From: a virus
Reading direction: 5' to 3' (one strand)
IMG/VR virus record: IMGVR_UViG_3300034102_002101
Coordinates: 1 to 64,000 of that record
DNA: 64,000 bases
Shown here: positions 1-12,123 of the stretch, piece by piece
Position numbering within the stretch: the first letter of the stretch is position 1
Layout: each line of letters begins with the position of its first letter
Notes under the pieces: model-generated
Told to the model about the DNA's origin: nothing
Seen by the model: only the letters and a program-made list of their open reading frames with translations
The model's database searches: none
Translations under genes and position numbers: made by a program

Positions 1-1967
1 TGTTGAACTAACCAAGTAATTTATGGAAATTAAACCAATTACTAAATTTCGTGTAGATTCATGTGAATTCAACACAAAAGAAGAAGCAGAAGAATATATT
101 CGTAGCAAAACCGATAAGTCTTATATCACCAATAAGAACTTTGAACTACTGAATTATTACTCGTCTTCATTATCTTTTATTCCTTGTATCGATGATAACG
201 ATAAATCATTACGAGTGTTCATCAAGCGTTTCAACAATACGGATCAAGGTGATGGTTGGGAGGATTTGCTTGGAAGAGAACATCTTAGATATGTTGAGTA
301 TAACCTAACAGTCATAAGTTCCAATGACTTCGTAAATAAATTTATCGATGAGTCTGCTACATATTCAATCGAAGCACAAGATTTGGGTCAATTGATTTCT
401 GCCTTGCGATATCATATCCCAATGATGAATGACACGGATTGTAGCCCAGAAATTATTTACCAAGATGTTCTTGACGCATTGAGTATGATACAGTATGAAC
501 CTGTTTACATTTATGACTAAAAATCGATACAAGGTTCTTACTCCTACGCTTGGAATGTATTGGGTTGAAAAACCACCAATCCAATCGATGACTAGAGAAT
601 ATGTAATTCTAAATAGGAAAAGAATTGATCCGATTTTTAGTAGAAATGGGCATTATTATGACAGGAAATTAAAGTTTTCTTGGTTTGAATTTTCTGGTGA
701 GGCTTATATTCTTGATGATTATTCAAAATATAAATCAAACCAATTCCATTGGTTCTTTGATGATATTAGGTTGGCAGAAAGAGCTAATAAAAGATTAGAT
801 AAGGATGCTATCGAACCAATTAGAAAATTAATTAAACTTGGACTTGCTTCAAAAGAACAAATCGATATGTTAGAAGATGACAACATAATCGAAAAGAGGG
901 GATTACATGCAAAGGATGTACGTTATAGGTTTTTAAAGTTCTGTAAGGGTAGAAATATTAAAATTACTATTAAGGTTATTCCGCTACCATGAAAATATTC
1001 AGTTTAGTTCACAATTACTACGATTATTGTAATAATTGGGAAAATTCATTGGGATATTTCACGAATAGAGAATTAGCTGAGTATCTTTGTTGGGAATTGG
1101 GTAAAAAGTACGACAATATCAATGACCAGCATTCTTTCTGGGTACAAGAGATTTTTGTTGACAATTCCGAATTGGAGTCATACGCTTCTATATTGAATCA
1201 AATCGAACAAAAATTAAATGTCAACTAAGAGCTTATTTATATGTATGATCGTGTTTACGGGAGTATCTGCAATATTACTGGCTATTGATTTTGTGTTATT
1301 AATTATTAAATATATCAATGAAAACTAAACTTATCTGTATCTTATCGGTTCTTCTGCTATGTGGTTGTAATTCCCCTAGCATCAATGAGAAATATACCGT
1401 AATTTCGTGTGTTTTGGATGGTGATGGTACATATTCCATAGAGATTTCAAAGAATTTTATTGGTATAAGGGGATCACCAGTCAAAGAGGTTTATCGCCTC
1501 AATTCAAATACCCCACTCAATGTTGGTAAGGATCACATTATTCGTATGGAGGAAGTAAAGTGATTTATTACCGCATCAAGAAAACTGGAGAACGTGTGTA
1601 TGTTGCGCAATCTAAACAACGTCCATCTTCACCTTACCCAACACGCGAAACTGTTTATAGGGTAAAAGATGGACATGCTCTATCGGGTTACACAATGGAC
1701 CATATCGTATTAGAGAAGGATTGGATTAACCCAAAAAAGAAATGATCGATAATAAAACAGTTTTAACACTTACAACGGAAAATGAGCTAATCCTCCTCAG
1801 AAAAGTTATCGATGATACTTTTTGGAACGATACCGAGAATATTTTTTGTATTCCCGTGAACAGACTAGATGATAATGAAATATTAAAAACGAGTAATCTT
1901 CTCGGTATAAATGTTGGAGAGTATAACTACATTATCTGCGAATCGGATTATACAACACCATAATAAA

Positions 1968-2216
1968 ATGAACCATAGAAAAATATTAACTAATATTGTT
2001 AAGGAATACCTTAACTTAAATGATCTAGTTGTACTAGATGATTCAACCATGCTAATCGACGTTGGTGCCGATGAACTTGATATCGTAGAAATTGCTATGG
2101 GTATCGAAGATGAAACGAATATCGATATTTTTTGGGATGGAAATAATGATATGGAATATAATGAAATGATGAAGCTCACGTTTGGCGATATTCTAAAATT
2201 GATGGAGCGTGGTTAA
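1968..2216 (+). CDS. Acyl carrier protein-like protein with the phosphopantetheine Ser replaced by Glu
   Basis: DVGADELDIVEIAMGIEDETNIDI matches ACP consensus DLGADSLDxVELVMxLEEEFxIEI; acidic, 82 aa; ATG at 1968 preferred over the TTG at 1911. Confidence 0.75.
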   Translation: MNHRKILTNIVKEYLNLNDLVVLDDSTMLIDVGADELDIVEIAMGIEDETNIDIFWDGNNDMEYNEMMKLTFGDILKLMERG

Positions 2217-3281
2217 TATGAAAAATAGAATTGAAATTTACAATCCCATCTGTGATTATTACGAAAACAATCCAAAGGCTGACTGCACCACATTACAGAG
2301 CGAATGGGGTTATCAATATAATGCTACCTATGGTGGTAACAATTGGATGGCTGAAAGAATCTTCGAATTGAAGAAAATTGGCTACACCGAAGGAAAATAC
2401 CATAATGGAAATGGTGGTGATAATGATTTTCTAGTAATTGACCACAAAAACAAGAAATTTGAATTTGGAGAAAATGGTGATTTGCAACCGAAGGAGATAA
2501 TTTAAAATGGAAAACAATAAAACAGACCCATCCACTTTACCAAAAGATGTTCTAGAAAAGCTATTAGCAATTCGTGACGCTCTGTTGAATGATAATTTAA
2601 ACGAGGCTTACCATCAGCTTTACTCAATTGCTGATCCGGAATTTTCTTCTTATTTTCCGTGGGATAAAATGGAAGAAGCAGTTAAAAATACCGAATAATA
2701 TGGACACAAAAGAAGAAATTTTGGAAGTGACGACGAAGTTTGTCATTAATGGACTTGGTAGTAGTTGGATTCTACATGAATGCCTGACTCATTACCAGCT
2801 AGATGATATCCCACACGATCAACTTCTTTATCGATTGAATCGTGCAGCACTCCAAATTGATGATTACATTTCTGTCCGTGAAGAGATATGGTCATTCATG
2901 CATAATAAGGAATACCAAAAAGCTAAGGAAGCTATGCTTGAGTTTTCTGTTCTTTGTGCTCTTGTTGGTAGCGCAGCGGATACCGAAATTGAATTAGAAA
3001 TTGAGAATCGTGAGTGGGAAAATTCAGAAAAATCTAAATAACATGGCTGGACATATCGTAAATTTTCAGGGTGGATGGGCACATATTTCCTGTGCCGATA
3101 TCTATCGATATCATGGTGTAACTTTCGAAATGCATCGATATTGTGGCCCGATGCGGTGCCGGAAAGATGGGGAACCATCTAATGTGAACATGGGTAGAAA
3201 GTTTTGGAAAATGTTCAAAGAATGGGATAAATTGAGTCCTAGTAAGAAAAAGAAGACACTGATCTTTTCTTAATTTTGTTG

Positions 3282-3309
3282 TTTACTTCTTGGAAAGTTG
3301 TGGTAGGGT
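3282..3309 (+). promoter_or_regulatory. sigma70-like promoter (TTTACT-N16-TAGGGT, extended TG)
   Basis: In an intergenic gap; ATG at 3316, 6 nt downstream; same architecture as 10384. Confidence 0.6.
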
Positions 3310-4196
3310 TTGTTTATGGACATAAAAAACTCACTAAAAATAGTATCTGATAACATTAAATACTTCAATGAAGTTAAAAATTTCTCCAAGAAAAAACTAC
3401 TTGAATCTGTTAGTGGGACTAAAAATGTGTTCATTGACTATAACGGATTTGAAGTTATATCAGAAACACAAATAAGGGTACACTACACTCGCAGTTATGG
3501 AGATATGGAAGACAGTGATTATATTACCGTTGATATTAATAACCTATGAAAACACAATTTGAAATTTGGTGGGAGCAGCACGAAGGTTCCAAAGTGCAGC
3601 CGCCTGTTATGTCTCTAGCACTAAAAGAATTAGCGGAATCTGCGTGGAATGAAGCAAAGAATAGTTCTACTGGAAATATTTGGATAGTAACAATTCCATT
3701 GAAAGAATTGGCTACTCTTGTAAATCTAAATGATAATTACTTAAATAGTGTGAGAGTTATTACACACAAAACAAAAGAAATTATCACTGGTTACAATTAC
3801 AACGAAGCTAGATTCTCAACTACTGAGAATAGTATAGATTTACTTACTAACATGTCTTTGGAAGTAGAGATTTGGGGAAAATAATTTATGAACAAACTTA
3901 AAAATTTTTTACGCAACGTATTCATCAATAGTGGTCTTATCAAAGAATTACTTCTTTCTTTGGGTGGAATTATTGGTGGGCCATTGATACTTGCAATTCC
4001 TAGTGGTATCACGGGACTTATCACTTGTAGTCTTTTTGGATTCGATATCTTTAAAGGTGAGGCTATGAACCAGTTTTCGAGAGTGATCCTTAATGGATTT
4101 TTTATTGATATTGGTTTAGTTTTTATTCTTTGTTTGGTATTATGTATCTTTAAGGCTCTGGATTTTATTAACGATGCTTGGAAAAATGCTTAACCT

Positions 4197-4607
4197 ATGA
4201 AACCAGAAGAACAAAGAATTGCTATTGCTAAGGCTTGTGGATGGAAACAATTATTTAAGGGTGAACACGATAGATACTTAAGATTTTCCCCTCCACCGGA
4301 ACGTAAACCGGAATATAAATATGGGGCGTATATTCAGGGCATTGGTCATACAAGTATTCTTAAAAAAGAGTATCTTGTTGATGAATTGCCAGATTATTTG
4401 AATGATCTAAATGAAATACACGAAGCCGAAAAAACACTTAATCGCGGACAAAAATCCGATTTTCAAAGTTATCTGGGAGAAATGTTTCCTCGTGACTCGG
4501 ATGGTGATTCAACTGGTTGGGAAGGTATGTTTAGTCGAGCTATACACGCTACCGCTTCACAAAGATCAGAAGCAGTATTAAAATGTCTTTCTCTATGGAG
4601 AGATTAA
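4197..4607 (+). CDS. Hypothetical phage protein, paralog of 11663-12112
   Basis: Shared MKxE(E/D)QxxAIAKxCG...PDYxNDLNxxHEAEKxL...IHATxxQxxxAxLxxLSLW. Confidence 0.7.
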   Translation: MKPEEQRIAIAKACGWKQLFKGEHDRYLRFSPPPERKPEYKYGAYIQGIGHTSILKKEYLVDELPDYLNDLNEIHEAEKTLNRGQKSDFQSYLGEMFPRDSDGDSTGWEGMFSRAIHATASQRSEAVLKCLSLWRD

Positions 4608-4623
4608 TAATTTGTAAATTTTA

Positions 4624-5253
4624 ATGACAAAATATTTACGACCACAAGCAACAGCTATTTGCGTAGTCTGTAACAAAGAATTTCAATCGGTGAGAAGTAA
4701 AATCGTAAACGGAGAAAGAAAATGCTGTTCCATATCGTGTAGAGGGCGATTAGCAGTATCTAAACAAAAAAATGGAGGAAGAAAACCTAAGCATGGTGGC
4801 TGTGTAAACGGAGAATTATCTCCGTTGTATCAAAGATGGGCGGGTATGAAGGCTAGATGTCATTCTGAGTCATGTGTAAAATATGGTGGGTATGGAGCCA
4901 GAGGGATAACCGTATGTGAAGAGTGGAGAAATAATTTCAAAAATTTCGAAACTTGGGCATTAGCAAATGGATTTTCCGATAATCTTCAAATAGATAGAAT
5001 AGATAATTATAATGGATATAGTCCGGAAAACTGTCGATGGGTAACATGTATACAAAATCAGGCTAATAGACGCAGAAGTATAATTTTTCCGTCTGGAGAA
5101 ACCACCGCACAGGTGGCGCGGAGATTAGGAATGTCACCAAACTCAATTAGAGAAAGAATTAAAAGAGGAATGACAATGGAGCAAGCGATGACTATCCCAT
5201 CTGTTCCGAATGGAATAGAAAGAAAAACTTTCAAACTTAAACCTTTGGACTGA
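4624..5253 (+). CDS. HNH-family homing endonuclease-like protein
   Basis: WAGMKARC...YGARGITVCEEW...IDRIDNYNGYSPENCRW...QANRR; N-terminal CxxC/CSxxC zinc ribbon; C-terminal HTH-like. Confidence 0.8.
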   Translation: MTKYLRPQATAICVVCNKEFQSVRSKIVNGERKCCSISCRGRLAVSKQKNGGRKPKHGGCVNGELSPLYQRWAGMKARCHSESCVKYGGYGARGITVCEEWRNNFKNFETWALANGFSDNLQIDRIDNYNGYSPENCRWVTCIQNQANRRRSIIFPSGETTAQVARRLGMSPNSIRERIKRGMTMEQAMTIPSVPNGIERKTFKLKPLD

Positions 5254-5475
5254 ATAAATGAATAATAAATTAGTTATTGTGGATGATATTTCTAAAAACT
5301 GTCCATACACAGAAGAAGAAATTGATGCTTTAAAAGCATCATATGAGAATACCCCTGTTCAACAGTCTCCATCTGAAATAAATGAAGAAAAGCATTTACC
5401 TCATTGGGAAAGAACCAGGTGTTATCGAGGTAAACATCGAAATAAAAATAACGGTGCATTTGGAAAGAAAAAGAA

Positions 5476-5646
5476 ATGATAATTGTACATACTTGGGTAG
5501 ATGAAAAAACAAAGAAAGTAATGCTTGACTTCGGTGTTGATTGTGATACTGATGAAATCGTGGTGCTACCTTACGAACAACTCAACTGTGCAGAACAAGG
5601 AATTGAATATTGTCAAAAAACTGGATTATATTTTGCGAAGGAATAA
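5476..5646 (+). CDS. Small hypothetical protein (56 aa, below ORF-track cutoff)
   Basis: ATG overlaps the previous stop (ATGA) and fills the gap to 5650; MIIVHTWVDEKTKKVMLDFGVDC... Confidence 0.6.
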   Translation: MIIVHTWVDEKTKKVMLDFGVDCDTDEIVVLPYEQLNCAEQGIEYCQKTGLYFAKE

Positions 5647-6523
5647 TTTATGACACTAAAAGATTTTAAACCAAACGAACTTCATTTATATATGAAGTTT
5701 AGATCTTTTATGGGTAAAATCGGAGAGATAGTAAAATTAGAAAAATACGCTCTGGAGGTAGATAGTTCAAGATGCTCCAATTTATTGATTACTATCAGAT
5801 GGGATAACGGAGAATTGGATGAAATAGAATACGAAATGAACTGCGAAATAGAATACATTGATTAATTTATGAATTACAAAAGATTTAAGGAAATTTGGGA
5901 CTGTCTCGTGACAAATAGAATCCACAAGAAGACAAAACCGATTGCTCAGGTAGAAATCTCACAACATACAGAAGATGCGTTGATTGCATATGCCGATGGT
6001 GATACTAAACATTTTGATAAGATTCTATCACAATTTAAAAATGACGGAGATAGAGAGCTGGGTCAGTGAAATAATTTATGATCCCCGTTTTTCAAACTAT
6101 AATAGATCAAGGAATTGGCAATTGTTGGTCTGCGTGCATGGCTTCTATTCTTGAAATTGGAATAGATGATATTCCAAATTTTGTAAAGGAAGCTTCAGAA
6201 AAAAGAACAAGTGCTGAATCACTAGCAAAGAAATGGTTAAAGGCGAGCGGTCTTTTTCTTCTTTGCGTTCCTTTACATAGAGGTGAAGAGTGGCTTGATG
6301 TAATTGATTTTTATCATTTGGAAGGTGCGTATTGCCTCATGTCTGTTCCTTCACAAAAATTCGAAGGAGGTTCACATGCTGTAGTAGGGCAATTCCAGAA
6401 ATGCTTAACAGAAGGTACGGTTCTTAATATTATTCACGATCCGAATCCGAATAATAAACCATATCCCCTCAACGTTAATATTAAACGAATCCAATTTATT
6501 GTAAACTTTAATCCAAAAATAGT

Positions 6524-6832
6524 ATGAAAAGTCAATTTCAGGTCTGGTGGGGTAAACAGAAAATAGAACATCCATTATCTTTTTTAATTAAGGAAGTCGC
6601 ACTGTCCGCATGGAATGCTTCTATTGCACCAAAATGGATTAAAATTACAGATGATGAGAAACCAAATGATAACGAATCGGTATTAGTTCATTTATCTAAC
6701 TCTACAGTCACCGAAGCCGTTTATTTCGAAAAATATAATTGCTATGACGAGCCGTATCTTGGTCAAAATAGTCGCACCACTTACACATCAGTAATTCATT
6801 GGAGAAAGATGCCGAAAGGACCGAAATTATGA
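6524..6832 (+). CDS. DUF551-like phage protein
   Basis: WIKITDDEKP...VLVH...VIHWRKMPKGP; N-terminus paralogous to 3546-3884 (MKxQFxxWW...KExAxSAWN). Confidence 0.65.
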   Translation: MKSQFQVWWGKQKIEHPLSFLIKEVALSAWNASIAPKWIKITDDEKPNDNESVLVHLSNSTVTEAVYFEKYNCYDEPYLGQNSRTTYTSVIHWRKMPKGPKL

Positions 6833-7648
6833 ACGAAAAAGCCATTTCTGAGATAGAACGTAAATTGAAATTTGCATTACGTCGTCTTGACGAGAAACAG
6901 AAATACCATGAACAATGTGGTGGTGAAATGCTCTTGACATATCATGGTGGTCGTGCTATCGGTTATCTTGAAGGTAAGGTAGCAGTGCTTGAAGATTTGT
7001 TAGATATTTTAAAGGAAGAATAAAATTATGGGTAACTACGTCATTTGTAAAGACAAAGGTAAATTAAAGCTTGGTTGTTACGTTTATAGTCACAGTTCAA
7101 ATAGATTCTCTGTTGTGTTTGGAACAACCGATAAAACACACTATTTCGCCGATGAATTACCGTTTGAGATTATCGCAGATTTAATGTTTGATGAGAAAAG
7201 AGAATTGTGGACAGTATCTTACCCAAAAAATAATACGCTTAAAATTTATATGAAGGTTGTGGATGAATCCATTACAGAAGAGGTTATAAAGAAATTAAAA
7301 GGATTTAAAAAGTTCTTCGGTCATATGAATATTAAAAATATAGAATTTATGAAATATGCAGGCTAAAGCATCAACAATAAAAAAGAAAATTCCGAGCTAT
7401 TGGTGGGATTTTGAAGGAGAAAATAAAATAATAGTAGAATCAGATGATGATAGATTTCCAGTTGTTGCAATTTTTATATATGACCCAATCAATGGTGGGG
7501 TTGAAGCTCAAGGTGATATGCTATCGTTTTGCAAAGAAAATGGTCTAGAAACCAGAATCGGTCAAGCAGGTGAAGCTATAAATAAAGCAGAAAATTATAT
7601 TTTAGATTTGAATTCTGGTAGAGTTAATCCTAGAAAATTAAAAGTATC

Positions 7649-7810
7649 ATGACAAATAAACAAAAAGAAGAAATTGTGGAACTCTTGGAAAAGCACCGTA
7701 TTGAACGACCATTTTGCCAACATGATGAGGAATTGAATAAAAAACTAAATGAGCTTATCTTCGCTGTTAAGTCATCGTCGAAGTGGGTAAGCAAAATACC
7801 AATGTGGTAA
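7649..7810 (+). CDS. Small hypothetical protein (53 aa, below ORF-track cutoff)
   Basis: ATGA overlap with previous gene; open to TAA at 7810 just before the next ATG at 7815. Confidence 0.55.
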   Translation: MTNKQKEEIVELLEKHRIERPFCQHDEELNKKLNELIFAVKSSSKWVSKIPMW

Positions 7811-8028
7811 AATTATGAATAATCTATACGCAATTAAAGAGCCAAATAATTCATTAAATTTTACCACTATAGATGCGCGTGAAGATTGGGCGATTGATAA
7901 TTTTATGAAACAAGAACAAACTGTTACTAGAGTATTCACTAAACATGCAGTACCTTCATGGGAAGTATATGAAGCCATGGGATACTCTGTAGTAAAGTGC
8001 AATCTAGTCGAACAGAAAAAATAAATTT

Positions 8029-8412
8029 ATGACCGAACGAGAATTAAAATTCCGCATTTACGCACACATTGATAAAGCATTCATATACTTTGATATAGAA
8101 GATTATCCAAGTGGTATTGCAATGGGAGTAAGTGCGCCGCAACAGTTCACTGGCCTATTGGATTCACAAGGAAAAGAAATCTATGAAGGAGATATAGTAA
8201 TAAATAATAGCCGTGATTGGTATGGTCATGTAGAAATATCTCCATTCTCAGGCGCACAAATCTGCGACAAAAATACTGACTGGAAATTGCCAATCGGTTT
8301 ATATGATTCCAACTTAGAAAGACAAGATCCAGATTTGATTTATACAACTTTCCAATGTGCGGATATTGAAATTATCGGTAATACGATTCAAAATCCAGAA
8401 TTATTAAAATGA
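8029..8412 (+). CDS. YopX-family protein
   Basis: RELKFRIY...QQFTGLLDSQGKEIYEGDIV...EIIGNTIQNPELL. Confidence 0.85.
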   Translation: MTERELKFRIYAHIDKAFIYFDIEDYPSGIAMGVSAPQQFTGLLDSQGKEIYEGDIVINNSRDWYGHVEISPFSGAQICDKNTDWKLPIGLYDSNLERQDPDLIYTTFQCADIEIIGNTIQNPELLK

Positions 8413-8798
8413 GAACTATTAAATTCAGAATTTGGAGTAAATCCGATAAGCAATGGATAGAAAACAGGGATGAATTTGGTATACATTATATCAATGGTCT
8501 TTTCACTTGCGATGATAATTATATTTTCCAACAATTTATTGGTCGAACAGACGAAAAAAATAAGGAAGTATATGAAGGCGACATTGTTCGATATTATCCA
8601 TTACCACCATTTGAGGTGAGTACGGGTATCATTGGAGAAATTGTATTTAGTCAAGGAAGCTTTGCTATCCGTGTTACCGATAGATTTCGTGGAGCATTTA
8701 AGAGGTATAATGTATATTTCAATGGGGACAATGATGGAGATATTGATTACTTTGAAGTGATTGGAAATGTCTGTGAATCCCCAGAATTACTAAAATGA
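8409..8798 (+). CDS. YopX-family protein (tandem paralog)
   Basis: RTIKFRIW...QQFIGRTDEKNKEVYEGDIV...EVIGNVCESPELL. Confidence 0.85.
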   Translation: MRTIKFRIWSKSDKQWIENRDEFGIHYINGLFTCDDNYIFQQFIGRTDEKNKEVYEGDIVRYYPLPPFEVSTGIIGEIVFSQGSFAIRVTDRFRGAFKRYNVYFNGDNDGDIDYFEVIGNVCESPELLK

Positions 8799-9184
8799 AA
8801 TCATTGCCTATCCATAAACCAACGCATCCATTAGAATCGGAACTCAGGAAAAGTTGGGAATACTACATCGAATGCAGACCAAATTTCGATCTGCTATCAG
8901 GCCCAGAAGTAAACTGGAACGATATACCGAACGGGCAACAGTTTGACGAAAATCCAGTGACTAACGCATATCAGCCTTATCCATATGGGAGAATGACGCG
9001 ACGTGATCATATGATTGCTGCCGAAATTATTCAGTGGCTAGGCACCCCGCTCGGTTTTGCTTTTTTAGCAAATACATTTGCGAAAGCTGGTGGAAGTATC
9101 TCGTTTAATGATTATTCCGAAAATAAAGCTTTACTTCGTACAGGAGCTATAATAAAATGAGTGGCGATGAGGAATATTGAGTTT

Positions 9185-10051
9185 TTATATAGATGCAATC
9201 AAATTAGCTTTCGATCTCTTCCGGTTCAATCCGAAAACGGTATCGTTATATAAATAATTTATTAAAATTTTTAAATCTTCTTTTCTCCATATTCTATATA
9301 CAGAGCATTTAGAATTTCTATTTTTATTTACTCTTTTGTTAATAGCATAAGATTTAATATTTAATATCTTTGTTAACGTCTCCAGACAACTCCAATCTTG
9401 GTCAATGTTCCCAGAAACACTAAAAGAAGGACAGTTTTTTCCGGCATAAAAACATCCATCTCCATCAAAATATCCTAACCAAAAAAATTTATGTAAAGAC
9501 TCCGGAATTTTATTTAGAATTTTTATGGGAGATACACACGATTTATCTTTATAATCATTTTTGTATAAAAAATAAGCAAAAGATGGATTCTTTAGTCTAA
9601 AATATATTTTTGATTTATGTTTTTCATCTTTTTGTTTTTGTTCGTAGGATAAAAATTTTCCCAAATCTTTTGGGAAATATTCTACTAAATCATCGTAATC
9701 ATCTTTTACCATCGTAATATGAGCTTGCATATAATGTCCCTCCTTTCCGTAAAGATACCCATCAGCCCAAAGAAAACCAAGGAAATATGCGGTTTTATCG
9801 TCAGCAACAACAAAGGAATTATTAAATTTTTCATGCTCTTCCAGTGTTTTTGCTCTTCTGTTTATACCCGCTTTAATTGGTAGCTGTTTTTTTAATTCGT
9901 CCGATATTCTTATATTTAAATAATATGCTTTTCTCCTTATCGAATCCTTTGTTTTTGTTTTTAGATGCTCAAAGCAAAAATCTACTCCCATTACGTTATA
10001 ATTTTGTAATAGGAAATCTTTTTCTTCTTTCGTGTATTTATTGATTGACAT
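9185..10051 (-). CDS. Free-standing double-motif LAGLIDADG homing endonuclease
   Basis: AYFLGFLWADG and FWLGYFDGDG motifs; only long minus-strand gene in the early region. Confidence 0.85.
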   Translation of the reverse strand: MSINKYTKEEKDFLLQNYNVMGVDFCFEHLKTKTKDSIRRKAYYLNIRISDELKKQLPIKAGINRRAKTLEEHEKFNNSFVVADDKTAYFLGFLWADGYLYGKEGHYMQAHITMVKDDYDDLVEYFPKDLGKFLSYEQKQKDEKHKSKIYFRLKNPSFAYFLYKNDYKDKSCVSPIKILNKIPESLHKFFWLGYFDGDGCFYAGKNCPSFSVSGNIDQDWSCLETLTKILNIKSYAINKRVNKNRNSKCSVYRIWRKEDLKILINYLYNDTVFGLNRKRSKANLIASI

Positions 10052-10383
10052 ACATACATAAATATAGTATTATCTTAATTATGTCAAGTGATAACGGAAT
10101 ATTTATAATGAAATGGTTTGACGAATGGTTCGTGTGGCACGGGTCATTGAGTGCAGACTATTATGAACCAGCGAGCTATGAAAATGGATTCCAATTCGAA
10201 TTGGAAGCATCTGAATTCGCACATAGACTCCACGACGAGATTGGTTATGTTGAAGGTGGAATTATCCACGTAACTACTGAAGCTCAAGAGGATGCACTAA
10301 CACAACACATAAAGTATTTAACTAATCGTTTGGAATCGCTTAGGAAGAATGGTAGCCAGTTCCCAGAATCTTACGAATAAGTC

Positions 10384-10411
10384 TTTACTTCCTAGAAATC
10401 TGTGGTAAGGT
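10384..10411 (+). promoter_or_regulatory. sigma70-like promoter (TTTACT-N16-TAAGGT, extended TG)
   Basis: Intergenic; ATG at 10418, 6 nt downstream. Confidence 0.6.
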
Positions 10412-11662
10412 CTAGTTATGAAACTAAAAGATCTACATTTTAAATTCCAACATTCTGGTATAGCTCCGGATATTTACATTTCTAATACCGAACTACAAGA
10501 TTATATCACTAGAATGGAAGAAATTAGAGAACTGTTTAAAATCTGGAATCCATTACTTGGTTCAATCTCTAGTCAAATTGATAGTGCTGAACATATGCTT
10601 GATGCAAGAAAAAATCGATAATTTATGTCAAAAGAATCAAATACATTTTATTTCGACTTTTCATCGAAACCAATCTATGACAATGATGCCTCGTTGCGTA
10701 AGTTAGAGAAAATTATTGACCGTGGTTGTATAGAACAAGTTGAGAAAATATTCAATGTTATGTTCGCTGCTGGAGTAGTGGATGGTAAGCCATACTACTT
10801 AACACTAGATGAAACGAACGAGGAATTGTTGAACAAATTCGATGGTATGGTTGATCTGTCGGTCCCTCCAAGGGATAATGAGACGATGTTACCGTTTAAG
10901 AAAAATGAATTAACTTTTAGGATTGACTATTTTTACGATAAGCAAGACTATCAAACTGGTTGGAAAACATACATCAATAGTAACTTCAGAAATTCTCACA
11001 ACGAATGAAATTTACAAAAATTAGTTCAGATAATGCATATAAGCTTTATAAAGAAGGTAAAGCTAAGGGATTGTATTTTTTACCATACGATACAACACAA
11101 TATTTGTCCATTCCACGATATTACAATTTTGCGAGACAGTGGTTTAGAGAGAGGGAAATTTTCATTGGTAAAGAATCACCAAAAATAACAGTTCGACAAC
11201 AGGTAGAATTGCATTGCACTAAAGGTAGCTTCTTTATTCGTGAAGATGTTTTAAAGATGATCTACTCCGAACATAGTGAAGCGGAGACACAATTTCCCAA
11301 GTCTGAGAAGTTTTCTGGAATATTGGATAAAGCTAGGGAGCGAACCACAAAATATATCCTTTTTGATATTGACTCCGATGGAGAAAAGAGTAACTTTAGA
11401 TTTGAATAAATAATATGGAACATGATACAGAATCCTATCGAAAACTTCTAGCCAATATCTACAAGGCTGCTGATTATCTAGGTGAGAGAGCAGAACGTAG
11501 AGCAAGAGACTTTAGTCGAAATGATAATCTCAGAAATAAGGATGGTGGGTTATCTGATGCCTACTCACATATCAAACATATGATTCTAAATTATGATACC
11601 ACCGGACAAGCCGATTATTGGAAATCCAATAAAGTTACCAAAGAATTACCGGATATACTAAA

Positions 11663-12112
11663 ATGAAAACAGAAGACCAAAATTCAGCAATTGCGAAAGT
11701 TTGTGGGTTGGAAGATAAATATGTTCTAATTAAACGTGGGTTATATTATCGACCAGATTACAAGGGATATACCAATGATATCAATGAAGCTGGTAGATAC
11801 ACAGAAAAAGAAGCACAAGAAGGTGCTTATCTAACTGCTGGTGAGGTGACATTTGAAAAGTTACCGATTCCTGATTATGTTAACGATCTTAATTTGATGC
11901 ACGAAGCAGAAAAGTTTTTATCGGGATCAAACCAATCTATTTATTGGAATAAATTAATGTTAGAGGTTGGTCCGGATGGTGAGGTGGATTTGGTTGATGA
12001 CTATGGAGAATGGTCAACGAGTCCATCAACAAGTGGATATTCAATTATCCACGCTACTTCCGGTCAAAAAGCAAAGGCTTTCTTACAAACATTGAGTCTT
12101 TGGGTAAAGTAG
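11663..12112 (+). CDS. Hypothetical phage protein, paralog of 4197-4607
   Basis: See 4197-4607 shared motifs. Confidence 0.7.
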   Translation: MKTEDQNSAIAKVCGLEDKYVLIKRGLYYRPDYKGYTNDINEAGRYTEKEAQEGAYLTAGEVTFEKLPIPDYVNDLNLMHEAEKFLSGSNQSIYWNKLMLEVGPDGEVDLVDDYGEWSTSPSTSGYSIIHATSGQKAKAFLQTLSLWVK

Positions 12113-12123
12113 AGTTATGCCAC

